In this document: piece by piece, positions 43,101 to 57,793 of the stretch
How the letters are laid out: each line of letters opens with the position of its first letter
Position numbering within the stretch: the stretch's first letter is position 1
NCBI GenBank assembly: GCA_964016885.1
Contig: OZ024741.1
Coordinates: 5,704,001-5,768,000, forward strand
Length of the DNA: 64,000 nt
Source: Eledone cirrhosa
Lineage: Eukaryota
Direction of reading: 5' to 3'
The notes under the pieces: model-generated
The model's input: only the letters and a program-made list of their open reading frames with translations
The model's database searches: none
What the model was told of the DNA's origin: nothing
Translations under genes and position numbers: made by a program

Positions 43101-46100
43101 CTGTCATTACCACCTACTGTAACAAAGGCTGTCATTACCATCTACTGTACTGTAACAGAGACTGTAATTACCACCTACTGTAACAAAGGCTGTCATTACC
43201 ACCTACTGTACTGTAACAGAGACTGTCATTACCACCTACTGTAACAAAGGCTGTCATTACCACCTACTCTACTGTAACAGAGACTGTCATTACCACCTAC
43301 TGTAACATAGACTGTCATTACCACCTACTGTAACAAAGGCTGTCATTACCACCTACTGTACTGTAACAGAGACTCTCATTACCACCTACTGTAACAGAGA
43401 CTGTCATTACCACCTACTGTAACAGAGGCTGTCATTACCAACTACTGTAACAGAGACTGTCATTAACACCTACTGTAACAGAGACTGTCATTACCACATA
43501 CTGTAACAGAGACTGTCATTACCACATATTGTAACAGAGGCTGTCATTACCACCTACTGTACTGTAACAGAGACTGTCATTACCACTTACTTTAACAGAG
43601 GTTGTCATTACCACCTACTGTAACAGAGGCTTTCATTACCATCTACTGTAACAGAGACTGTCATTACCACCTAGTGTAACAGAGACTGTCATTACCATCT
43701 ACTGTACTGTAACAGAGACTGTCATTACCACCTACTGTAACAGCGACTCTCATTACCACATACTGTAACAGAGGCTGTCATTACCAACTACTGTAACAGC
43801 GACTGTTAGTACCACCTACTGTACTGTAACAGAGACTGTCATTACCACATACTGTAACAGAGACTGTCATAACCCCCTACTGTATTGTAACAGAGACTGT
43901 CATTACCATCTACTGTACCAGAGACTGTCATTACCACCTACTGTAACATAGACTGTCATTACCACCTACTGTAACAGAAACTGTCATTACCACCTACTGT
44001 ACTGTAACAGAGACTGTCATTTCCACCTACTGTAACAGAGACTGTCATTACCACATAATGTAACAGAGACTGTCATTACCACCTACTGTAACAGAGACTG
44101 TCATTACCACCTACTGTAGTGTAACAGAGACTGTCATTATCACCTACGGTAACAGAGACAGTCATTACCACCTACTGTAACATAGACTGTCATTACCACC
44201 TACTGTAGTGTAACAGAGACTGTCATTACCACCTACGGTAACAGAGACAGCCATTACCACCTACTGTAACATAGACTGTCATTACCACCTACTGTACTGT
44301 AACAGAGACTGTCATTACCACCTACTGTAACATAGACTGTAATTACCACATACGGTAACAAAGACAGTCATTACCACCTACTGTAACAGAGACTGTCATT
44401 ACCACCTACTGTACTGTAACAAAGACTGTCATTACCAACTACTGTAACAGAGGCTGTCATTACCACATACTGTAACAGAGACTGTCATTACCACCTACTG
44501 TGTGGTAACAGAGAGGGTCATTACCACATACTGTCACAGAGACTGTCATTACCACCTACTGTGTAGTAACAGAGACTGTCATTACCACATAATGTACTGT
44601 AACAGAGACTGTCATTACCACCTACTATACTGTAACAGAGACTGTCATTACCACATACTGTAACAGAGACTGTCATTACCACATGATGTAACAGAGACTG
44701 TCATTACCACCTACTTTACTGTAACAGAGACTGTCATTACCACATACTGTGGTGTAACAGAGACTGTCATTTCCACATACTGTAACAGAGACTGTCATTA
44801 CCACTTACTGTACTGTAACAGAGACTGTCATTACCACATACTGTAACAGAGACTGTCATTACCACCTACTCTGCTGTTACAGAAACTGTCATTACCACCT
44901 AATGTACTGTAACAGAGACTGTTATTACCACCTACTGTAACAGAGACTGTCATTACCACCTACTGTAACAGAGGCTGTCATTACCACCTACTGTAACAGA
45001 GACTGTCATTACCACCTACTGTAACAGAGACTGTAATTACCACATACTGTAACATAGACCGTCATTACCACATACTGTAACAGAGACTGTCAGAACCATC
45101 TACTGTAGTGTAACAGAGACTGTCATTACCACGTACTGTAACAGAGACTGTCATTACCACCTACTGTATCAGAGACTGTCATTACCACCTACTGTAACAG
45201 AGACTGTAATTACCACCTACTGTAACAGAGACTGTCATTACCACGTACTGTACTGTAACAGAGACGGTCATTACCACATACTGTAACAGCGACTGTCATT
45301 AACACATACTGTAACAGAGACTGTCATTACCACCTACTGTGCTGTCACAGAGACTGTCATTACCACATACTGTAACAGAGACTGTCATTACCACCTACTG
45401 TAACAGAGACTGTCATTACCACATACATTAACAGAGACTGTCATTACCACCTACTGTAACATAGACTGTCATTACCACCTACTGTACTGTAACAGAGACT
45501 GCAATTACCACCTACTGTAACAGAGACTGTAATTACCACCTACTGTAACAGAGACTGTAATTACCACCTACTGTAACAGAGACTGTAATTACCACCTACT
45601 GTAACAGAGACTGTCATTACCACGTACTGTACTGTAACAGAGACGGTCATTACCACATACTGTAACAGCGACTGTCATTACCACATACTGTAACAGAGAC
45701 TGTCATTACCACCTACTGTACTGTAACAGAGACTGTCATTACCACCTACTCTGCTGTAACAGAGACTGTCATTACCACCTACTGTACTGTAACAGAGACT
45801 GTCGTCACCACCTACTGTAACAGAGACTGTCATTACCACCTACTGTGCTGTAACAGAGACTGTCATTACCACATAATGTAACAGAGACTGACATTACCAC
45901 ATACTGTAACAGAGACTGTCATTACCACCTACTGTACTGTAACAGAGACTGTCATTACCACATACAGTAACAGAGACTGACATTACCACCTACTGTACTG
46001 TAACAGAGACTGTCATTACCACCTACTGTACTGTAACAGAGACTGTCATTACCACCTACTGTACTGTAACAGAGACTCTCATTACCACATAATGTAACAG

Positions 46101-49100
46101 AGACTGTCATTACCACATAATGTAACAGAGACTGTCTTTACCACCTACTGTAAGAAAGACTGTCATTACCACATACTGTAACAGAGACTGTCATTACCAC
46201 CTACTCTACTGTAACATAGACTGTCATTACCACCTACTGTAATGTAACAGAGACTGTCATTACCACCTACTGTAACAAAGGCTGTCATTACCACCTACTG
46301 TACTGTAACAGAGACTGTCATTACCACCTACTGTAACAAAGGCTGTCATTACCACCTACTCTACTGTAACAGAGACTGTCATTACCACCTTCTGTAACAT
46401 AGACTGTCATTACCACCTACTGTAACAAAGGCTGTCATTACCACCTACTGTACTGTAACAGAGACTCTCATTACCACCTACTGTAACAGAGACTGTCATT
46501 ACCACCTACTGTAACAGAGGCTGTCATTACCAACTACTGTAACAGAGACTGTCATTAACACCTACTGTAACAGAGACTGTCATTACCACATACTGTAACA
46601 GAGACTGTCATTACCACATATTGTAACAGAGGCTGTCATTACCACCTACTGTACTGTAACAGAGACTGTCATTACCACTTACTTTAACAGAGGTTGTCAT
46701 TACCACCTACTGTAACAGAGGCTTTCATTACCATCTACTGTAACAGAGACTGTCATTACCACATACTGTAACAGAGACTGTCATTACCACATATTGTAAC
46801 AGAGGCTGTCATTACCATCTACTGTACTGTAACAGAGACTGTCATTACCACCTACTGTAACAGCGACTCTCATTACCACATACTGTAACAGAGGCTGTCA
46901 TTACCACATACTGTAACAGAGACTGTCATAACCCCCTACTGTATTGTAACAGAGACTGTCATTACCATCTACTGTACCAGAGACTGTCATTACCACCTAC
47001 TGTAACAGAAACTGTCATTACCACCTACTGTACTGTAACAGAGACTGTCATTTCCACCTACTGTAACAGAGACTGTCATTACCACATAATGTAACAGAGA
47101 CTGTCATTACCACCTACTGTAACAGAGACTGTCATTACCACCTACTGTAGTGTAACAGAGACTGTCATTACCACCTACGGTAACAGAGACAGCCATTACC
47201 ACCTACTGTAACATAGACTGTCATTACCACCTACTGTACTGTAACAGAGACTGTCATTACCACCTACTGTAACAGAGACTGTCATTACCACCTACGGTAA
47301 CAGTGACAGTCATTACCACCTACTGTAACAGAGACTGTCATTACCACCTACTGTAGTGTAACAGAGACTGTCATTACCACCTACGGTAACAGAGACAGCC
47401 ATTACCACCTACTGTAACAGAGACTGTCATTACCACCTACTGTACTGTAACAGAGACTGTCATTACCAACTACTGTAACAGAGGCTGTCATTACCACATA
47501 CTGTAACAGAGACTGTCATTACCACCTACTGTGCTGTAACAGAGAGGGTCATTACCACATACTGTCACAGAGACTGTCATTACCACCTACTGTGTAGTAA
47601 CAGAGACTGTCATTACCACATAATGTACTGTAACAGAGACTGTCATTACCACCTACTTTACTGTAACAGAGACTGTCATTACCACATACTGTGGTGTAAC
47701 AGAGACTGTCATTTCCACATACTGTAACAGAGACTGTCATTACCACTTACTGTACTGTAACAGAGACTGTCATTACCACATACTGTAACAGAGACTGTCA
47801 TTACCACCTACTCTGCTGTTACAGAAACTGTCATTACCACCTAATGTACTGTAACAGAGACTGTCATTACCACGTACTGAAACAGAGACTGTCATTACCA
47901 CCTACGGTAACAGAGACAGTCATTACCACCTACTGTAACAGAGACTGTCATTACCACCTACTGTACTGTAACAGAGACTGTCATTACCACCTACTGTAAC
48001 AGAGGCTGTCATTACCACATACTGTAACAGAGACTGTCACTACCACCTACTGTGCTGTAACAGAGAGGGTCATTACCACATGCTGTCACAGAGACTGTCA
48101 TTACCACCTACTGTGCAGTAACAGAGACTGTCATTACCACATAGTGTACTGTAACAGAGACTGTCATTACCACCTACTATACTGTAACAGAGACTGTCAT
48201 TACCAGATACTGTAACAGAGACTGTCATTACCACATAATGTAACAGAGACTGTCATTACCACCTACTTTACTGTAACAGAGACTGTCATTACAACATACT
48301 GTGGTGTAACAGAGACTGTCATTACCACATACTGTAACAGACACTGTCATTACCACTTACTGTACTGTAACAGAGACTGTCATTACCACATACTGTAACA
48401 GAGACTGTCATTACCACCTACTCTGCTGTAACAGAGACTGTCATTACCACCTAATGGACTGTAACAGAGACTGTCATTACCACATACTGTAACAGAGACT
48501 GTCATTATCATATACTGTAACAGAGGCTGTCATTACCACCTACTGTAACAGAGGCTGTCATTACCACCTACTGTACTGTAACAGAGACTGTCATTACCAC
48601 CTACTGTAACGGAGACTGTCATTACCACCTACTGTGCTGTAACAGAGACTGTCATTACCACATAATGTAACAGAGACTGTCATTACCACATACTGTAACA
48701 GAGACTGTCATTACCACCTACTGTACTGTAACAGAGACTGTTATTACCACCTACTGTACTGTAACAGAGACTGTCATTGCCACCTACTGTAACAGAGACT
48801 GTCATTACCACCTATTGTAACAGAGACTGTCATTACCATATACTGTAACAGAGACTGCCATTACCACCTACTGTACTGTAACAGAGACTGTCATTACCAC
48901 ATACTGTGGTGTAACAGAGACTGTCATTTCCACATACTGTAACAGAGACTGTCATTACCACTCACTGTACTGTAACAGAGACTGTCATTACCACATACTG
49001 TAACAGAGACTGTCATTACCACCTACTCTGCTGTTACAGAGACTGTCATTACCACATAATGTAACAGAGACTGTCATTACCACATACTGTAACAGAGACT

Positions 49101-52100
49101 GTCATTACCACCTACTCTGCTGTTACAGAGATTGTCATTACCACCTACTGTACTGTAACAGAGACTGTCATTGCCACCTACTGTAACAGAGACTGTCATT
49201 ACCACCTATTGTAACAGAGACTGTCATTACCATATACTGTAACAGAGGCTGCCATTACCACCTACTGTACTGTAACAGAGACTGTCATTACCACCTACTG
49301 TACTGTAACAGAGACTGTCTTTACCACCTACTGTAACATAGACTGTCATTACCACCTACTGTAACAGAGACTGTCATTACCATATACTGTACTGTAACAT
49401 AGACTGTCATTACCACATACTGTAACAGAGACTGTCATTACCACATACTGTAACAGAGACTGTCATTACCACATACTCTAACAGAGACTGTTATTACCAC
49501 ACACTGTAACAGAGGCTGTCATTACCAACTACTGTAACACAGGCTGTCATAAACCACCTACTGTAACAGAGACTGTCATTACCACCTACTGTAACAGAGA
49601 CTGTCATTACCACCTACTGTACTGCAACAGAGACTGTCATTACCACCTACTGTAACAGAGGCTGTTATTAGCACATACTGTAACAGAGGCTGTCATTACC
49701 ACCTACTGTAACAGAGACAGTTATCATTACCTACTGTAACAGAGGCTGTCATTACCATCTACTGTAACAGAGACAGTCATTACCACCTACTGTAACAGAG
49801 ACTGTCATTACCACCTACTGTAACAGAGGCTGTCATTACCACCTACTGTAACAGAGGCTGTCATTACCACCTACTGTAACAGAGACTGTCATCACCACCT
49901 ACTGTAACAGAGGCTGTCATTACCACCTACTGTAACAGAGGCTGTCATTACCACTTACTGTAACAGCAACTGTTATTATTACCTACTGTAATGTAACAGA
50001 GACTGTCATTACCACATACTGTAACAGAGGCTGTCATTACCACCTACTGTAACAGAGACTGTCATTACCACCTACTGTAACAGAGATTGTCATTACCACC
50101 TACTGTAACAGAGGCTGTCATTACCACCTACTGTACCAGAGACTGTCATTACCACCTACTCTACTGTAACAGCGACTGTCATTACCACCTACTGTACTGT
50201 AACAGAGACTGTCACTACCACCTACTCTACTATAACAGAGGCTGTCATTACCACCTACTGTAACAGAGGCTGTCATTACCACCTACTATAACAGAGATTG
50301 TCATTACCACTTACTGTAACAGAGGCTGTCATTACCACCTACTGTAACAGAGACTGTCATTACCACCTACTGTAACAGAGGCTGTCATTACCACCTACTG
50401 TAACAGAGGCTGTCATTACCACCTACTGTACCAGAGACTGTCATTACCACCTACTCTACTTTAACAGAGACTGTCATTACCACGTACTGTAACAGAGACT
50501 GTTATTACCACCAACTGTAACAGAGGCTGTCATTACCACCTACTGTAACAGAGCGTGTCATTAACACCTACTGTAACAGAGACTGTCATTACCACGTACT
50601 GTAACAGAGACTGTCATTACCACCTACAGTAACAGAGGCTGTAATAACCACCTACTGTAACATAGACTGTCATTACCAACTACTCTACTGTAACAGAGAC
50701 TGTCATTACCACCTACTGTAACCAAGACTGTCATTTCCAACTACTGTAACAGAGAGTGTCATTACCACATATTGTAACAGAGGCTGTCATTACTATCTAC
50801 TGTAACAGAGACTGTCATTACCACCTACTGTAACATAGACTGTCATTGCCACCTACTCTAACAGAGGCTGTCATTACCACCTACTGTACTGTAACAGAGG
50901 CTGTCATTACCACCTACTGTAACAGAGCGTGTCATTAACACCTACTGTAACAGAGACTGTCATTACCACGTACTGTAACAGAGACTGTCATTACCACCTA
51001 CTTTACTGTAACAGAGACTGTCATTACAACATACTGTGGTGTAACAGAGACTGTCATTACCACATACTGTAACAGAGACTGTCATTACCACTTACTGTAC
51101 TGTAACAGAGACTGTCATTACCACATACTGTAACAGAGACTGTCATTACCACCTACTCTGCTGTAACAGAGACTGTCATTACCACCTAATGTACTGTAAC
51201 AGAGACTGTCATTACCACATACTGTAACAGAGACTGTCATTATTATATACTGTAACAGAGGCTGTCATTACCACCTACTGTAACAGAGGCTGTCATTACC
51301 ACCTACTGTACTGTAACAGAGACTGTCATTACCACCTACTGTAACGGAGACTGTCATTACCACCTACTGTGCTGTAACAGAGACTGTCATTACCACATAC
51401 TATAACAGAGACTGTCATTACCACATACTGTAACAGAGACTGTTATTACCACATACTGTAACAGAGGCTGTCATTACCAACTACTGTAACAGAGGCTGTC
51501 ATAAACCACCTACTGTAACAGAGACTGTCATTACCACCTACTGTAACAGAGACTGTCATTACCACCTACTGTACTGCAACATAGACTGTCATTACCACCT
51601 ACTGTAATAGAGGCTGTTATTAGCACATACTGTAACAGAGGCTGTCATTACCACCTACTGTAACAGAGACTGTTATCATTACCTACTGTAACAGAGGCTG
51701 TCATTACCATCTACTGTAACAGAGGCAGTCATTACCACCTACTGTAACAGAGACTGTCATTACCACTTATTGTAACAGAGGCTGTCATTACCACCTACTG
51801 TAACAGAGGCTGTCATTACCACCTACTGTAACAGAGACTGTCATCACCACCTACTGTAACAGAGGCTGTCATTACCACCTACTGTAACAGAGACTGTCAT
51901 TACCACTTACTGTAACAGCAACTGTTATTATTACCTACTGTAATGTAACAGAGACTGTCATTACCACATACTGTAACAGAGGCTGTCATTACCACCTACT
52001 GTAACAGAGACTGTCATTACCACCTACTGTAACAGAGATTGTCATTACCACCTACTGTAACAGAGGCTGTCATTACCAACTACTGTAACAGAGACTGTCA

Positions 52101-55100
52101 TTACCACCTACTCTACTGCAACAGCGACTGTCATTACCACCTACTGTAACAGAAGCTGTCATTACCACCTACTGTACCAGAGACTGTCATTACCACCTAC
52201 TCTACTGTAACAGCGACTGTCATTACCACCTACTGTACTGTAACAGAGACTGTCACTACCACCTACTCTACTGTAACAGAGGCTGTCATTACCACCTACT
52301 GTAACAGAGGCTGTCATTACCACCTACTATAACAGAGATTGTCATTACCACTTACTGTAACAGAGGCTGTCATTACCACCTACTGTAACAGAGACTGTCA
52401 TTACCACCTACTGTAACAGAGGCTGTCATTACCACCTACTGTAACAGAGGCTGTCATTACCACCTACTGTACCAGAGACTGTCATTACCACCTACTCTAC
52501 TTTAACAGAGACTGTCATTACCACGTACTGTAACAGAGACTGTTATTACCACCAACTGTAACAGAGGCTGTCATTACCACCTACTGTAACAGAGCGTGTC
52601 ATTAACACCTACTGTAACAGAGACTGTCATTACCACGTACTGTAACAGAGACTGTCATTACCACCTACAGTAACAGAGGCTGTCATTACCACCTACTGTA
52701 ACATAGACTGTCATTACCAACTACTCTACTGTAACAGAGACTGTCATTACCACCTACTGTAACAGAGGCTGTCATTTCCAACTACTGTAACAGAGAGTGT
52801 CAGTACCACATATTGTAACAGAGGCTGTCATTACCATCTACTGTAACAGAGACTGTCATTACCACCTACTGTAACATAGACTGTCATTGCCACCTACTCT
52901 AACAGAGGCTGTCATTACCACCTACTGTACTGTAACAGAGGCTGTCATTACCACCTACTGTAACAGAGCGTGTCATTAACACCTACTGTAACAGAGACTG
53001 TCATTACCACGTACTGTAACAGAGACTGTCATTACCACCTACAGTAACAGAGGCTGTCATTACCACCTACTGTAACATAGACTGTCATTACCAACTACTC
53101 TACTGTAACAGAGACTGTCATTACCACCTACTGTAACAGAGGCTGTCATTTCCAACTACTGTAACAGAGAGTGTCATTACCACATATTGTAACAGAGGCT
53201 GTCATTACCATCTACTGTAACAGAGACTGTCATTACCACCTACTGTAACAGAGACTGTCATTGCCAACTACTCTAACAGAGGCTGTCATTACCACCTACT
53301 GTACTGTAACAGAGGCTGTCATTACCACCTACTGTACTGTAACAGAGACTGTCATTACGACCTACTGTAACAGAGACTGTCATTACCACCTACTGTACTG
53401 TAACAGAGACTGTTATTACCACCTACTGTACTGTAACAGAGACTGTCATTGCCACCTACTGTAACAGAGGCTGTCATTACCACCTACTGTAACAGCAACT
53501 GTTATTATTACCTACTGTAATGTAACAGAGACTGTCATTACCACATACTGTAACAGAGGCTGTCATTACCACCTACTGTAACAGAGACTGTCATTACCAC
53601 CTACTGTAACAGAGACTGTCATTACCACCTACTGTAACAGAGGCTGTCATTACCACCTACTGTAACCGAGACTGTCATTACCACCTACTGTAACAGAGAT
53701 TGTCATTACCACCTACTGTAACAGAGGCTGTCATTACCACCTACTGTAACAGAGACTGTCATTTCCACCTACTCTACTGTAACAGCGACTGTCATTACCA
53801 CTTACTGTACTGTAACAGAGACTGTCATTACCACATACTATAACAGAGACTGTCATTTCCACCTACTGTAACAGAGACTGTCATTACCACCTACTATACT
53901 GTAACAGCGACTGTCATTACCACCTACTGTAACATAGACTGTCATTACCACCTACTGTACTGTAACAGAGGCTGTCATTAGCACCTACTGTAACATAGAC
54001 TGTCATTACCACCTACTGTACTGTAACAGAGGCTGTCATTACCACCTACTGTAACATAGACTGTCATTACCACCTACTGTACTGCAACAGAGACTGTCTT
54101 TACCACCTACTGTAACATAGACTGTCATTACCACCTACTGTAACAGAGACTGTCATTACCACCTACTGTAACAGAGACTGTCATTACCACCTAATGTACT
54201 GTAACAGAGGCTGTCATTACCACCTACTGTAACAGAAACTGTCATTACCACCTACTGTACTGTAACAGAGACTGTCATTACCACCTACTGTACTGTAACA
54301 GTGACTGTCACCACCACCTACTGTACTGAAACAGAGACTGTCATTACCACCTACTGTACTGTAACAGAGACTGTCACTACCAGCTACTGTACTGTAACAG
54401 AGACTGTCATGACCACCTACTGTACTGTAACAGAGACTGTCACTACCACCTACTGTACTGTAACAGAGACTGTCATTAACACCTACTGTAACAGAGACTG
54501 TGATTACCACATACTGTAACAGAGACTGTCATTACCACCTACTGTAACAGAGGCTGTCATTACCACCTACTGTATTGTAACAGAGACTATCACTACCACC
54601 TACTGTACTGTAACAGAGACTGTCATTACCACCTACTGTACTGTAACAGAGACTGTCACTACCACCTACTGTACTGTAACAGAGACTGTCATTACCACCT
54701 ACTGTACTGTAACAGAGACTGTCACTACCACCTACTGTACTGTAACAGAGACTGTCATTACCACCTACTGTACTGTAACAGAGCCTGTCACTACCACCTA
54801 CTGTACTGTAACAGAGGCTGTCATTACCACCTACTGTACTGTAACAGAGACTGTCATTACCACCTACTGTAACAGAGACTGTCATTACCACCTACTGTAC
54901 TGTAACATAGACTGTCATTACCACCTACTGTAACATAGACTGTCACTACCACCTACTGTACTGTAACAGAGACTGTCACTACCACCTACTGTACTGTAAC
55001 AGAGACTGTCACTTCCACCTACTGTACTGTAACAGAAACTGTCATTACCACCTACTGTACTGTAACAGAGACTGTCATTACCACCCACTGTAACAGAGAC

Positions 55101-55829
55101 TGTCATTACCACCTACTGTACTGTACCAGAGACTGTCATTACCACCTACTGTACTGTAACAGAGACTGTCACTACCACCTACTGTACTTTAACATAGACT
55201 GTCATTACCACCTACTGTAACATAGACTGTCATTACCACCTACTGTACTGTAACAGAGACTGTCAGTACCACCTACTGTACTGTAACATAGACTGTCATT
55301 ACCACCTACTGTAACAGAGACTGTTATTACCACCTACTGTACTGTAACAGAGTCTGTCATTACCACCTAGTGTAACAGAGACTGTCATTACAACCTACTG
55401 TACTGTAACAGAGACTGTCATTACCACCTACTGTAAAAGAGACTGTCATTATCACCTACTGTACTGTAACAGAGACTGTCACTACCACCTACTGTACTGT
55501 AACAGAGACTGTCACTACCACCTAGTGTAACAGAAACTGTCATTACCACCTACTGTACTGTAACATAGACTGTCATTACCACCTACTGTAACAGAGACTG
55601 TCATTATTACCTACTGTACTGTAAAAGAGACTGTCATTACCACCTAGTGTAACAGAGACTGTCATTACCACCTACTGTAACATAGACTGTCACTACCACC
55701 TACTGTACCGTAACAGAGACTGTCAGTACCACCTACTGTACTGTAACAGAGACTTTTATTACCACCTACTGTACTGTAACAGAGAATGACATTACCACGT
55801 ACTGTAACAGAGACTGTCATTACCACCTA
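13163..55829. repeat. 42.7 kb satellite/minisatellite array of mixed 28-bp and 33-bp units, roughly 1400 copies
   Basis: 28-mer CTGTAACAGAGACTGTCATTACCACCTA. The 33-mer adds CTGTA. No interrupting unique sequence was seen. It explains all VGGNDSLCYST and TVTETVITTYC ORFs. Confidence 0.99.
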
Positions 55830-57583
55830 ACACTAATTACCTCACAGAATATCTCAGCTGTGAAGGTCTTACTAACATGTCACCCCTAACACTAATTACC
55901 TCACAGAATATCTCAGCTGTGAAGGTCTTACTAATATGTCACCCCTAACACTAATTACCTCACACAATATCTCAGATGTGAATGTCTTACTAACATGTCA
56001 CCCCTAACACTAATTATCTCACAGAATATCCCAACTGTGAAGGTCTTACTAACATGTCACCCCTAACACTAATTACCTCACACAATATCTCAGTTCTGAA
56101 GGTCTTACTAACATGTCACCCCTAACACTAATTACCTCACACAATATCTCAGATGTGAATGTCTTACTAACATGTCACCCCTAACACTAATTATCTCACA
56201 GAATATCATAGCTGTGAATGTCTTACTAACATGTCACCCCTAACACTAATTATCTCACAGAATATCTCAGATGTGAAGGTCTTACTAACATGTCACCCCT
56301 AACACTAATTATCTCACAGAATATCTCAGCTGTGAATGTCTTACTAACATGTCACCCCTAACACTAATTACCTCACAGAATATCATAGCTGTGAAGGTCT
56401 TACTAACATGTCACCCCTAACACTAATTATCTCACAGAATATCTCAGATGTGAAGGTCTTACTAACATGTCACCCCTAACACTAATTATCTCACAGAATA
56501 TCTCATCTGTGAAGGTCTTACTAACATCTCACCCCTAACACTAATTATCTCACAGAATATCTCAGATGTGAAGGTCTTACTAACATGTCACCCCTAACAC
56601 TAATCACCTCACAGAATATCTCAGATGTGAAGGTCTTACTAACATGTCACCCCTAACACTAATTACCTCACACAATATCTCAGATGTGAAGGTCTTACTA
56701 ACATGTCACCCCTAACACTAATTATCTCACAGTATATCTCAGCTGTGAATGTCTTACTAACATGTCACCCCTAACACTAATTATCTCACACAATATCTCA
56801 GATGTGAAGGTCTTACTAACATGTCACCCCTAACACTAATCACCTCACAGAATATCTCATCTGTGAAGGTCTTACTAACATGTCACCCCTAACACTAATT
56901 ATCTCACACAATATCTCAGATGTGAAGGTCTTACTAACATGTCACCCCTAACACTAATCACCTCACAGAATATCTCATCTGTGAAGGTCTTACTAACATG
57001 TCACCCCTAACACTAATTACCTCACACAATATCTCAGATGTGAAGGTCTTACTAACATGTCACCCCTAACACTAATCACCTCACAGAATATCTCAGATGT
57101 GAAGGTCTTACTAACATGTCACCCCTAACACTAATTACCTCACAGAATATCTCAGATGTGAAGGTCTTACTAACATGTCACCCCTAACACTAATCACCTC
57201 ACAGAATATCTCAGATGTGAAGGTCTTACTAACATGTCACCCCTAACACTAATTACATCACAGAATATCTCAGATGTGAAGGTCTTACTAACATGTCACC
57301 CCTAACACTAATTACATCACAGAATATCTCAGATGTGAAGGTCTTACTAACATGTCACCCCTAACACTAATTACATCACAGAATATCTCAGATGTGAAGG
57401 TCTTACTAACATGTCACCCCTAACACTAATTACATCACAGAATATCTCAGATGTGAAGGTCTTACTAACATGTCACCCCTAACACTAATTACCTCACACA
57501 ATATCTCAGATGTGAAGGTCTTACTAACATGTCACCCCTAACACTAATTACCTCACACAATATCTCAGATGTGAAGGTCTTAC
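55826..57583. repeat. 59-bp minisatellite, about 30 copies
   Basis: Unit TAACACTAATTACCTCACAGAATATCTCAGATGTGAAGGTCTTACTAACATGTCACCCC. Confidence 0.98.
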
Positions 57584-57760
57584 AATAATCAAAGTCATTG
57601 TTTTATGCCAGATCAAAACTTTCAGTCGATAAAATAATTTTTATTTGATTAAATTATAAATTTTAACCAAAAGTAATTTACAATGTTATTTTCTTCATAT
57701 TTAATAAATTTTTTATTACACAAATGTCCACAATAAAAAAAAATAATGAAAGTAAGAGAA

Positions 57761-57762
57761 GT

Positions 57763-57792
<30 letters not shown>
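57761..57792. repeat. (GT)n plus poly-G microsatellite
   Basis: Seen directly. Confidence 0.9.

Positions 57793-57793
<1 letters not shown>

Noticed and set aside
14468-55112. Repetitive proteins VGGNDSLCYST / TVTETVITTYC (GxND hydrolase-like or mucin-like)
   Set aside because: These ORFs appear only where several 33-bp units are consecutive. Every 28-bp unit shifts the frame into stops.
13163-55829. CRISPR array or repeat-spacer system
   Set aside because: There are no unique spacers: monomers are head-to-tail with only point variants and a 5-bp indel. No cas genes, and the context is animal DNA. The same applies to the 43, 59, 64 and 73 bp arrays.
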